Positions 17,173-24,931 of a stretch of DNA of 25,490 nt are shown here, one piece after another. Position 1 is the stretch's first letter; each line of letters begins with the position of its first letter. Under the pieces are notes generated by a model. That model made no database searches and had not been told where the DNA came from. It saw only the letters and a program-made list of their open reading frames with translations. Position numbers and translations under genes: made by a program. This DNA is from a virus (taxonomy: Duplodnaviria; Caudoviricetes), in the IMG/VR virus record IMGVR_UViG_3300004807_000113, positions 1 to 25,490 of that record, one strand, 5' to 3'.

Positions 17173-17274
17173 TTATTTCGCTCGGGGGCGTGGCTGCTGC
17201 TGCGGGATGCCAAGTCTGATCTTGACCCCCTGCTTTGGCTTGCTCGCCTTTATTTTGCGAATGTGAAGCGTCAT
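17173..17274 (-). CDS. Putative 33-aa basic peptide (not in ORF track)
   Basis: ATGA overlap with the portal stop and GGAG 6 nt upstream. Translation: MTLHIRKIKASKPKQGVKIRLGIPQQQPRPRAK. Confidence 0.45.
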   Translation of the reverse strand: MTLHIRKIKASKPKQGVKIRLGIPQQQPRPRAK

Positions 17275-20003
17275 GACGTGCTCCGCTGGTTGTTCGTCAG
17301 CGGTCCGTTCTGACCGGTGGGCTTCTTCGAGCCGCCCTTACCTTGTGGTGGAACTTGTCCGGTTTCGCCGGGATAGCCTGCGCTGGAAATGTCGGCTTGC
17401 AACCCACTGCCGCCGGACTGGTCGTTCAGTCCCCCCTGCGGATTTTTCACACCGGAAGATGTGGTCTTGCCGTTCGGGCTGGCACTGTCGCCGGTCTTTT
17501 TGGAACCCGCACCCACGAACGGCTTTTTCTCCGTCATGGCTTGCTCTGGTTCCTGCGATCCGGCGTAGCGGGTGTTGTCCGCTTCGCCTTGCGGCGTGGG
17601 CCGGAAAACGGGCAGCCCTGCCAACTCTCGGAGGTAGTCCTCCAAGTTGTTGTCTGGCGTGAGCAGTTGGCTTTGGGTGAGGCTGGTGAGGAACGAACCG
17701 AGTTCCTGCAAGTCCACCGCATTGACCTGTCCGTAGGTGAGGGTCGGGCAGTGCGCCGTGTCGTAGCCGTTGAGTGCCATGAGGCGTGGAATAGCGTGGC
17801 TATTGAACACCTCAGCGATGAGCCTGATCCAACTTTCCACCGCAGCGATGAACAGGTCGATTTTGGAAGCACCGAGGGCGAATGAACCGACGCTCTCGTG
17901 GCCGAGCATGATGAAGTCAGCCAGACACGACATAGCGATTTGCTGGTTGTAGCGGGTGATGATTTGGTCGGTGTTGTGCGTTGGGATGAAATCGTCCGTC
18001 ACATACATGTGCGAGGGCGAGGAAACCATGATGCACTGGACTTCCATTTCACCAACGTATTCGACGGACGAAATGCCGGTGTGGTAGCGCATACGGCTGT
18101 CATCTGACAACTTCTCCGCCTTGCGTTCTAGGCGAACCATTGGCAGGTGATGTGGCATGCGGATACGAACGTGGTGATACTCGTTTTCCGAGAAGCCAAC
18201 CTTGCCCGTCTTTGGCGACGTATACTCGCCAATCGGGTAGCGACCAACGCTTGCTGTTCCACCAAGCGAACGCACGATTTCTGCAACATCGCTAGCCAAC
18301 TGTGGACTAACGGTGTAGAAGATACCCAAACCCTCATTGGTGATGGTTCCATCTGTGTCCATCAAGCCCTGAAGCAGTGCAAGGCGGTCTTTTACCCCAG
18401 CGGTCAAGTATTGGCGTGGAACAAACTTTTCGGGAGCCTTCTTACCAAGCAAGGACATTTCGCTAAGTGCGGTCTTGACCGCAGACGTGCGACGACCCGA
18501 TGTTCCCGTAATGTGGTACATCTCAGCCTTGCCACTACCGCCGTCTTTGTCGTGCCACATTGTCACAACGTCGCCTGCTGGCAAGTGGCTTTCTACCTCT
18601 TGTGCGATTTGTGCGTCGGCGGAGTAAAAGCGAACCCCGCCATTTTCCTGAAGATGTCCGTCGCCCAAAAGAACACCAAGCACATACGGCTCAATGGGCA
18701 ATGGCTCACCATAAACGTATTCGACGGGCTCGATGAGAGGGAGGTGAAAACGACGGATATTTCCGTTCTTTTCGATGTTCGCCAAAAGGTCTTGCGTCTT
18801 GCGAACTTTATACTTGGGCAACAGAGGGTGAGCATCGTTGATGTTTTCACTATTACGCCACTTGCTATTAGTGACCACCCAGTTGTGTTCTGCGTCTGCG
18901 AGCGTTGAGCGTCCGTCTGCCGTGGTGACACGGTAGACAGGACGAACGCCCTTCGGGAACACGCCCGTGACATATGAGGGCAATCCAAGTGGGTCTACGA
19001 CGACATCACCAACGGCAATGTCGCCCATACGCTTCCAACCACTAGGCGTAAGAACCTTTGCGTCAAGTGGCTGTGCGTTGAACTGTCGTGCGCCGCCGGA
19101 GTTCAGCAACTTGAAGTCCACCAGTTGCTTGCCGTTCTCATCGAACATCATCGGGAGGATTACACCCTCCGTCTGGTTGCGCTTCACGCCTCGGACGATC
19201 TGCTCCATCGCATACAGCGACGCTTTTTCAGCAGGCGTGGCGTTCGTGCTCATCCATTCGGCGGGCACATAGCCAACGGGAAGTCCGGCGAGGTCACGCT
19301 CGACACCGACCGCCTCGAACTCCTCGATACGCCGCTTGTAGTACCACGACTTGAACGAGTTGCGGAGAATGGAACGGCCTTCGGGGTTTCCACGAGCGGC
19401 AGTAGTGCGGAATAGCAGGGCTTTTTCGATGGGAATGACGTTCAGGCGACCGGTCGTTGGGTCACGCTGGATCATGGCCTTCACGCCGCCGGTTTCGTCA
19501 AACTGCCACTGCCAAAGACTGTCCTGCGCTCGCATAGCAATCTTACGCCAACCGATTTTGTTGTCGTTGAACTTTGAGCGCAGAGCCGGGTCACGCTGCT
19601 CTGGTCCCTTGCGCTGCTTATAGACGATCTCGAAGAACGACCAGCCGTAGGTCAGGAACGACACGACGGCGATCATCAACTCGTGCCATGAGTGGCTCAT
19701 GTCGTCCATGCACTCCTGCACGAAATCGGCAGCCTCTTGGTCTTTGCTGTCCGGGGTGTAGCCCGTTGGGTCGGTGTGGGGGTCCACACGCCAGTCCACT
19801 TGCAGGATTACACGCTCAATGGCGAATAGGATCGCACCGATGACCGGATCATTTTCCGCCATGTCTCGGTAGGCGGTGAGAGACTGTCGGCCTCGGAGTT
19901 GAGGCAGGATATCGTCAATGACGAAGCCACCCGTGCGCCACAGACCGGTGGCACCGAGTTCACTGAAGTTGTCGATTTGGGGAAGCGGCTCTTTATCTGG
20001 CAT
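17271..20003 (-). CDS. Phage portal protein (Mu gp29/DUF935-like) containing an intein
   Basis: ELGATGL..GG....LPQLRG....Y..M..ND..I; GW.K...R.Q; NPEGRSILR..W.YK....E..G.ERDLAGLP; II.RY...IA...LA.F..LG. About 542 aa after splicing. Confidence 0.9.
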   Translation of the reverse strand: MPDKEPLPQIDNFSELGATGLWRTGGFVIDDILPQLRGRQSLTAYRDMAENDPVIGAILFAIERVILQVDWRVDPHTDPTGYTPDSKDQEAADFVQECMDDMSHSWHELMIAVVSFLTYGWSFFEIVYKQRKGPEQRDPALRSKFNDNKIGWRKIAMRAQDSLWQWQFDETGGVKAMIQRDPTTGRLNVIPIEKALLFRTTAARGNPEGRSILRNSFKSWYYKRRIEEFEAVGVERDLAGLPVGYVPAEWMSTNATPAEKASLYAMEQIVRGVKRNQTEGVILPMMFDENGKQLVDFKLLNSGGARQFNAQPLDAKVLTPSGWKRMGDIAVGDVVVDPLGLPSYVTGVFPKGVRPVYRVTTADGRSTLADAEHNWVVTNSKWRNSENINDAHPLLPKYKVRKTQDLLANIEKNGNIRRFHLPLIEPVEYVYGEPLPIEPYVLGVLLGDGHLQENGGVRFYSADAQIAQEVESHLPAGDVVTMWHDKDGGSGKAEMYHITGTSGRRTSAVKTALSEMSLLGKKAPEKFVPRQYLTAGVKDRLALLQGLMDTDGTITNEGLGIFYTVSPQLASDVAEIVRSLGGTASVGRYPIGEYTSPKTGKVGFSENEYHHVRIRMPHHLPMVRLERKAEKLSDDSRMRYHTGISSVEYVGEMEVQCIMVSSPSHMYVTDDFIPTHNTDQIITRYNQQIAMSCLADFIMLGHESVGSFALGASKIDLFIAAVESWIRLIAEVFNSHAIPRLMALNGYDTAHCPTLTYGQVNAVDLQELGSFLTSLTQSQLLTPDNNLEDYLRELAGLPVFRPTPQGEADNTRYAGSQEPEQAMTEKKPFVGAGSKKTGDSASPNGKTTSSGVKNPQGGLNDQSGGSGLQADISSAGYPGETGQVPPQGKGGSKKPTGQNGPLTNNQRSTS
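17973..19076 (-). mobile_element. Class 3 intein (368 aa) with LAGLIDADG homing endonuclease
   Basis: Starts QFN|AQPLDAKVLTPSGW (Ala1) and ends IPTHN|T. Block B DAEHNW, block F VQCI and block G THN give the W-C-T triplet. Endonuclease motifs LGVLLGDG and LQGLMDTDG. Confidence 0.92.
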
Positions 20004-20379
20004 CCCTGCTCCGTGCGTCGATGGCTTGGCTAGCCTCTATAAGGCTACTACCGGATTTCACTGAAACGATGATGCGGCGACGCTGGCTGAGCGAGTGCCC
20101 ACCCCAGATGCCGAACTGATCTTCTAGCCCGTATTCCAAACATTCGTAGCGCACCGGACATTTCAGGCACAACTTTCGTGCTGGAATGAGGTGTTTCCCG
20201 CCCGGTGTGTTCGCCCGCTCTGGGTAGAACAGTTCGACATTGGAAGCCTCGGGCACATCACGGCAAAGCGACTGCTCAAACCATTCAGGGCGGACAATGG
20301 CCTTGAACAGGTCGTATTCGATGGGGATAATGTCCTCCCCGTCGTAGAGTTTCAGCAGTTCGTGGTCGATTTCCCGCAC
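19993..20379 (-). CDS. whiB: WhiB-family Fe-S transcriptional regulator
   Basis: W....LC...LFYP...A.KLC..CPVR.ECL.Y.L....GIWGG....RR, with four conserved Cys and GIWGG. Confidence 0.93.
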   Translation of the reverse strand: MREIDHELLKLYDGEDIIPIEYDLFKAIVRPEWFEQSLCRDVPEASNVELFYPERANTPGGKHLIPARKLCLKCPVRYECLEYGLEDQFGIWGGHSLSQRRRIIVSVKSGSSLIEASQAIDARSRDAR

Positions 20380-20586
20380 TCAGAAATCGCCCTCGGAGAT
20401 CGCACAGTAGGCGTGGAACCGAAGTGCCTGTGCCTCCGTGAAGCCCGCCTCGACCATTGCGAGGAATGACTCCCTGACCTCCATGAACATCAGCACGAGC
20501 GCACTCGGACCTTCGGGCATGGAGGATTTTCCGAGGTTGGCGATCTCCTGATCGAACTCGTCATCACCGATGTTAGGTAAGTCCAT
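20380..20586 (-). CDS. Hypothetical protein (68 aa)
   Basis: Abuts whiB; contains a F..M..AGFTE.QAL helical motif. Confidence 0.7.
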   Translation of the reverse strand: MDLPNIGDDEFDQEIANLGKSSMPEGPSALVLMFMEVRESFLAMVEAGFTEAQALRFHAYCAISEGDF

Positions 20587-20642
20587 AACACTTGACCTTA
20601 CAACATTTCCAAAAGTCGTGCTGGATACCCCATCTTGAACGC

Positions 20643-20668
20643 AAGAAAGCCACCCCGAAGGGTGGCTA
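20643..20668 (-). terminator. Intrinsic terminator downstream of ssb
   Basis: Minus strand reads agccaccc-ttcg-gggtggct followed by ttctt. Confidence 0.8.
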
Positions 20669-20718
20669 CTTGCCGAAGTCGATGCCGCCTAGACGGTCAC
20701 CGCAGGGATTTTCGACGG

Positions 20719-21141
20719 TTAGAACGGAGCGTCGTCGAAGGTGGGTTCGTTGCGAGCCGGAGCCGTCCGACCAGAACCGTTGTTGTTCTCTGGTCGTGGG
20801 GTCTTGGCAACCTGAGCCGTAGCCCAGCGCAATGATGTTCCGATTTCGTCGGCGACAATGGCAACCTTGGAACGCTTTGCTCCGGTTTCCTTGTCCTCCC
20901 ACGACTCCTGCTGCAACTTGCCGGTGACGATCACACGATCACCCTTAGCAACGGTGGCGGCAACATTTTCGGCTTGCTCGCCAAAGGCGGTCACGTCGAA
21001 AAACGAAACATTGTCCTCCCATGTCCCGTTGACGTTCTTGCGGTTGTTCACCGCCACGCTGAACGGGAGGAAAGCCAGCCCGCTCTGCGAGAACCTAATC
21101 TCGGGGTCACGGACAATGTTGCCGATGATGGTAACGCTCAT
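20719..21141 (-). CDS. ssb: Single-stranded DNA-binding protein
   Basis: VTIIGN..RDPE.RF..SG...FSVAVN..KGDRVIVTG.L.Q..WEDK..G.KRS; acidic tail ending DDAPF; GAAGGA RBS. Confidence 0.95.
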   Translation of the reverse strand: MSVTIIGNIVRDPEIRFSQSGLAFLPFSVAVNNRKNVNGTWEDNVSFFDVTAFGEQAENVAATVAKGDRVIVTGKLQQESWEDKETGAKRSKVAIVADEIGTSLRWATAQVAKTPRPENNNGSGRTAPARNEPTFDDAPF

Positions 21142-21174
21142 GGTTCCTTCTCTCTGGTCGTTGGACTTGTGCGA

Positions 21175-21417
21175 CTACTCCCGGAGAAGTCCCCGCACGG
21201 CACTCATTGTAGCAAGATTTCGAGCGACGTGCTTGCCCCTGTTCCCGATAAGTAGTCGGCGCACATCATTTTTCGACAAGTCCAACTGATCGCAGAGCAT
21301 ATCTACGGCTTGGTTGAGCATCTGAATACGAACACAGTCAAGGGAGAACGCCGCCTTCAACCCTTCTTCGAGGGCGATAAGCCGGATTTCACTTTCGGTT
21401 ATGGGTTCGATTTCCAC
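21175..21417 (-). CDS. Hypothetical protein (~80 aa)
   Basis: In frame with the track ORF 21175..21510. GTG at 21417 preceded by GAGG is the more plausible start. Confidence 0.6.
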   Translation of the reverse strand: MEIEPITESEIRLIALEEGLKAAFSLDCVRIQMLNQAVDMLCDQLDLSKNDVRRLLIGNRGKHVARNLATMSAVRGLLRE

Positions 21418-21473
21418 GTTTCCAACCTCGTCGGTTGCACTCAGGCTACACGAAGTTTTGGAACGGGGCAGGG

Positions 21474-21614
21474 CTAACGGGGGTGGCAGACGGGGCAGCG
21501 TTCCCAGCACTGCTGACCGATTTCACGACACGACTGGATTAGTCCGGGGCTGCGGTGGTGCATGGAGCAGCGAGGGCAGATAGAGGCGAGTTGGCGCAGG
21601 ATTTTCTCTGCCAC
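21474..21614 (-). CDS. Putative 46-aa zinc-binding protein (not in ORF track)
   Basis: TAGTG overlap with the upstream stop. Translation MAEKILRQLASICPRCSMHHRSPGLIQSCREIGQQCWERCPVCHPR has two CxxC pairs. Confidence 0.55.
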   Translation of the reverse strand: MAEKILRQLASICPRCSMHHRSPGLIQSCREIGQQCWERCPVCHPR

Positions 21615-21955
21615 TACGGGGCGACGATGCGGTGTGAAGCCGCCAGCGTCCGCAGAGCGTCGATGTGCGACTGCGATGCCCGTAGAGCCTCACGGAGCGT
21701 GGAGAGGTTGTTCACGGCGATCAGGTGGGCGTATCGCTCGTCCTCGGTGGCAACGGTCGCCATGTCGTCCACCGTGTCCACATTCAGGCGATTTGGAGAG
21801 GTGCGGGCTTGGAGCCGGTGCTGTGCAAAGCGCACCTTGAAGTCCGCCTCAGCACGGGCGGTGTCCACGGCTGCCTGTCGGATTTCGTCCACAAGCCCCT
21901 GCATACGCTCCACCTCGGCTTCAATGGCTTCGGCGATTTGGTATTGGCTGAGCAT
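21614..21955 (-). CDS. Hypothetical helical protein (113 aa)
   Basis: GAGGTGA RBS; coiled-coil-like composition. Confidence 0.75.
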   Translation of the reverse strand: MLSQYQIAEAIEAEVERMQGLVDEIRQAAVDTARAEADFKVRFAQHRLQARTSPNRLNVDTVDDMATVATEDERYAHLIAVNNLSTLREALRASQSHIDALRTLAASHRIVAP

Positions 21956-22022
21956 CTTTCACCTCTGCTATCGGTATCGGTGGGGATACTCTAGCAGAGT
22001 TGAGTAGTGCGATTTGCAGAGT

Positions 22023-23084
22023 TTAGTAGCCGAGGCGCTCGTGGGTCACTTGGGCGATAACGGTGTGCGTGCCATCAGGGTTTGTTGCGGCAATGGTGTA
22101 GTCACGAGGGTTGCCAGCCGATGCGAGGTCCTCGTCATAATAGGCCGAGGGGAGGTCGCCACGACCACTTACTTCTTCTGCGGTTTCCGAAAGGTCGTAT
22201 GCACGAGCGGAGGCATCTTCCACTGCACCGTATTCGTCGGCCTCATCGTCCCAATAATCTTTGGCGGCCTTGGCGGCATCAGCCCACGCCTTCGATGCTG
22301 CCATGTGTGCTTCCGCTGCGGGCGTGTTGCCGTCGGCGGCGAAAGCCTCAGCAAGATCGGCGTGAGCACCTGAATAACCGTCGTAGCGTTCTGCCTCGTC
22401 CTGAGCGAGGCTTAGATCAGTTCCTTCATCGTCAATGGTCTTAGCCATGTTGAAGGGGATGATATCTTCGTGGGTGTTCACCGAGGTTGCGCCCTCAGGG
22501 TGTCGCCCTGAGCCGGGACCGCCCTTCGCCAGAAAGTAAGGTGCGCCACTGGGAAGTTGGATATCAGGAGTTTGCCATCCCAGTGCAGCAGTGGTTTGTG
22601 GGCCAGAAGCAGCGACAGTTGCCTTTGCAGCAGCGTTGCTCGCAGCAGAAACTTGGGAAGCGGTCGGCTTCTTCTCGTCAAGACCCAAGCGTCCACCCCA
22701 CTCACCCTGAGCCTTTAGCACGGTTTCAGAAGCAGCGAGGTGCGCTGAAGAAGCCTTGTCGTGGAGTTGCGCTTCCTTTTCCATTTGCTTTGCCAGCGCA
22801 ACGTTGCCCATCCCATTGAGGGCAACTGCATTGGCTTGCTCGTGAAGATATTTTGCCATCTTGTTGTGGTAGCCAGCGTGGTCAACGTGAGCCTGAGCGA
22901 TGTCCTTTGCCTTGTATGGTGAAATGTTCCTTCGGTTCTCCGAGACGAACTGGGCCAGACGAGTTGCCGTGTCCTGTGCGCTACCTTGGGTGTGTCGCCC
23001 TGAGCCGGGACCGCCCTTCAGGATACGGGAAGCGGACTTACCGATGGGGTCAAGGTTGTCGATGTGGAATGGATTGGTGGACAT
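22023..23084 (-). CDS. Tagged polyprotein outside the main cluster (two tags, His/Ala helical modules)
   Basis: AAGGAG RBS; ILKGGPGSGRHT and LAKGGPGSGRHPE; H..A...H heptads. Confidence 0.85.
   Translation of the reverse strand: MSTNPFHIDNLDPIGKSASRILKGGPGSGRHTQGSAQDTATRLAQFVSENRRNISPYKAKDIAQAHVDHAGYHNKMAKYLHEQANAVALNGMGNVALAKQMEKEAQLHDKASSAHLAASETVLKAQGEWGGRLGLDEKKPTASQVSAASNAAAKATVAASGPQTTAALGWQTPDIQLPSGAPYFLAKGGPGSGRHPEGATSVNTHEDIIPFNMAKTIDDEGTDLSLAQDEAERYDGYSGAHADLAEAFAADGNTPAAEAHMAASKAWADAAKAAKDYWDDEADEYGAVEDASARAYDLSETAEEVSGRGDLPSAYYDEDLASAGNPRDYTIAATNPDGTHTVIAQVTHERLGY
22499..23019 (-). repeat. Two further tag copies, identical at DNA level
   Basis: gtgtcgccctgagccgggaccgcccttc occurs at both 22500 and 22992. 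Confidence 0.95.
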
Positions 23085-23105
23085 AGTGGGGCACGCTCCT
23101 TGTTG

Positions 23106-23125
23106 GAAATGTTACATCAAGTTTT
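23106..23125 (-). promoter_or_regulatory. Shared promoter-like motif, copy 4
   Basis: Minus strand aaaacttgatgTAACATttc, about 24 nt upstream of 23084. Confidence 0.6.
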
Positions 23126-23132
23126 GGTGAAC

Positions 23133-23312
23133 TCAGTCTTGTGAGTTGCGACGACAGGCGTTGCGGCTTGCTTCCCGCTTTTTGTTCGGCACGGTCGTCG
23201 CCTTGCCGCCGAACCATTGAACGGGATTACCACCCTGAGCAAAGTGCGCCTCTCGACGCAGCCCGCTCAGGGTGGCAACCTCCTTTCGGATTTTCCCGTT
23301 GCGCTTCGCCAT
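23133..23312 (-). CDS. Small basic hypothetical protein (59 aa)
   Basis: ATG at 23312 overlaps the upstream TAA (TAATG). Sequence MAKRNGKIRK...HFAQGG...NACRR. Confidence 0.65.
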   Translation of the reverse strand: MAKRNGKIRKEVATLSGLRREAHFAQGGNPVQWFGGKATTVPNKKREASRNACRRNSQD

Positions 23313-23917
23313 TAGAGCAGGCGTTGGGCGCACACCGGACCGAGGCCACGGTGGAGGCTTGCGGGCACCGTGAGGGTGCGACCGCAGGCGAGGCACGAAC
23401 CCGATGCAAGGGCGTGAGCCTCAGCCACCTGAAGGAAGTTCTCCCGTGCCTCGTCGAGCGATCCGGTCGTGAGGAACTGAGCCGCTGCGATTTGGCGGTG
23501 GAGGTGGGACTTGGAACCCCACACCTTTACGCCCTGCTCGGTCATGAAGGCGAAGCCGGTGTAGGCACGCTCGTTGTCCGAGCCGGACAGGTAGGAGATG
23601 ACGGTCTTGCCGTTCGCCCACGAGGCTTCCTCGACCTTCAGGGTCACATGACCCTCGCCGTCCACGACAGTCCACAGCCCGACAGGGATTTGGCGGACAG
23701 GGGCGGAGGTGACCGTCTGCACGCTCGTAGGCGCAGTCCGGCGGTAGGGCAGTTCCTTCACGAGGTCGATCAGGTGCGAGGCGGTCGCCTTGGCGAGCAA
23801 GCCGTCCTCGGCGGAGGAGATTTCTTCCATGAGGTCGGCGGGGACAACTCGCTTGGCGGCGAGCGAGAACAGGTAGGCCACCTGCTTCTCGGTGGCGGGG
23901 GCGAAGGTCTGGGTCAT
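23312..23917 (-). CDS. DUF6011-like zinc-finger-containing phage protein
   Basis: C-terminal CLACGRTLTVPASLHRGLGPVC and N-terminal ATEKQ motif. A strong GAGAGGA RBS favours the start at 23917. Confidence 0.8.
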   Translation of the reverse strand: MTQTFAPATEKQVAYLFSLAAKRVVPADLMEEISSAEDGLLAKATASHLIDLVKELPYRRTAPTSVQTVTSAPVRQIPVGLWTVVDGEGHVTLKVEEASWANGKTVISYLSGSDNERAYTGFAFMTEQGVKVWGSKSHLHRQIAAAQFLTTGSLDEARENFLQVAEAHALASGSCLACGRTLTVPASLHRGLGPVCAQRLL

Positions 23918-23963
23918 GTGATTTTCCTCTCTCTGGTCTATGGGCACTTCCGACTACACAACC

Positions 23964-23992
23964 ATCATACAGTAGGGGTGTGTCGTCGTCAA
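23964..23992 (-). promoter_or_regulatory. Sigma-A/sigma-70-type promoter
   Basis: Minus strand TTGACG-N17-TATGAT upstream of 23917. Confidence 0.75.
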
Positions 23993-23995
23993 GTG

Positions 23996-24175
23996 TTATT
24001 TCCAAACAGCCTCAATGCGCCCTAAATACAGGGATTTTTCCTCAGCCGTCGCTGCGAACCACTCATCGAGCAGGCGTTGGGCACGACGCTTTGTGATGGC
24101 GTATGACCGCTTCACCACAAAGTCATCGTGCTTCGCCGCATCTTTGTAGGCACGGAACTCCACTCGGTAGATCAC
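23996..24175 (-). CDS. Hypothetical protein (59 aa, not in ORF track)
   Basis: GTGA overlap with the upstream stop; MIYRVEFRAYKD...LGRIEAVWK. Confidence 0.6.
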   Translation of the reverse strand: MIYRVEFRAYKDAAKHDDFVVKRSYAITKRRAQRLLDEWFAATAEEKSLYLGRIEAVWK

Positions 24176-24336
24176 TCAAAGCCACCGTGAGCGAGGTTGC
24201 CGTTGTGGACCAAGATGAAGGTTCCGTCGTCCAAGGTGATTTCCTGATTGCCGTCAATGATTTCGGTCTTGACGATGGTTCGTCCAACCGTCAGTGCGGT
24301 TGCGTAGTCAGTGACGCTGGTTGTTTCGCTGGTCAT
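24172..24336 (-). CDS. Hypothetical protein (54 aa, not in ORF track)
   Basis: GAGAGGA RBS and upstream TGCTATACT extended -10; MTSETTSVTDYATALTVGRTIVK...HGGFE. Confidence 0.65.
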   Translation of the reverse strand: MTSETTSVTDYATALTVGRTIVKTEIIDGNQEITLDDGTFILVHNGNLAHGGFE

Positions 24337-24361
24337 AGCCAGTCCTCTCTATAGGTGGGTT

Positions 24362-24372
24362 GAGTATAGCAC
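24362..24372 (-). promoter_or_regulatory. Extended -10 promoter element (TGcTATACT)
   Basis: Minus strand gtgcTATACTca about 27 nt upstream of the ATG at 24336. Confidence 0.45.
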
Positions 24373-24524
24373 TCGGAATAAACCCTACCGGAGCGTGCGG
24401 ACAAAAAATAGCCATGCCGATTTGCATAGGATTTTCGGGCGCACTACACTAACGCCCACCGGTGCCGTAGGGCGGGTGATACTGGTCGTTAGGAATGTTT
24501 CCTCGATGCCCTGCGGCACCGGTT

Positions 24525-24929
24525 CTAGTGTTCGTGACCCTCGTGCTTGTGATGGTGAGCGATCTCGTCTGTGAGTTCTTCCAGCGTTTTTTCCGCCATG
24601 AGCAGCGCAGCCTCCGCCTCAGCGAGCCTCTCGTCCACTTCCTCGGCATCGTGATCTCGAACGAACCGCTTTCCCCATTTCGTCCCGATGTATGCGCCCT
24701 CAAAGTTGCCGAGCACCAACGCCGTCAGCATGACTACCGTTCGAGCGGTGCCGTGACCGTTCAGCGTGTCCACTGAGTAGCGAGCAGCGACGATCCAAAA
24801 CAGGGCATAGCCCGCCTCGAACACTCCCGCCTTGAAGGCATCATTTCGGGCTTCGGCCTGCACCATGAACACGGAGAACACATTGGCTCCGAGGAAGCAG
24901 ACAAGGGTGGCGAGGGCGGTAAGCCACAT
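24525..24929 (-). CDS. Small membrane protein with His-rich C-terminus
   Basis: About three hydrophobic segments, an acidic coiled coil, and the tail HHHKHEGHEH. Confidence 0.75.
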   Translation of the reverse strand: MWLTALATLVCFLGANVFSVFMVQAEARNDAFKAGVFEAGYALFWIVAARYSVDTLNGHGTARTVVMLTALVLGNFEGAYIGTKWGKRFVRDHDAEEVDERLAEAEAALLMAEKTLEELTDEIAHHHKHEGHEH

Positions 24930-24931
24930 GG

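Noticed and set aside
1455-23018. Tag repeats as a CRISPR array or non-coding DNA repeat family
   Set aside because: Spacing is irregular (hundreds to thousands of nt), every copy is in frame within a CDS, variation is mostly synonymous, and no cas genes are present.
23141-24025. 294-aa plus-strand ORF and the alternative-frame ORF 23421..24005
   Set aside because: Both overlap the DUF6011-like gene, which has a promoter and a strong RBS. They are probably GC-rich shadow frames.
24376-24524. Possible structured RNA or tRNA in the intergenic gap (cgccc...gggcg hairpin at about 24453-24474)
   Set aside because: Only one modest hairpin, with no cloverleaf or T-loop consensus. An Infernal/Rfam search would be needed to support it.
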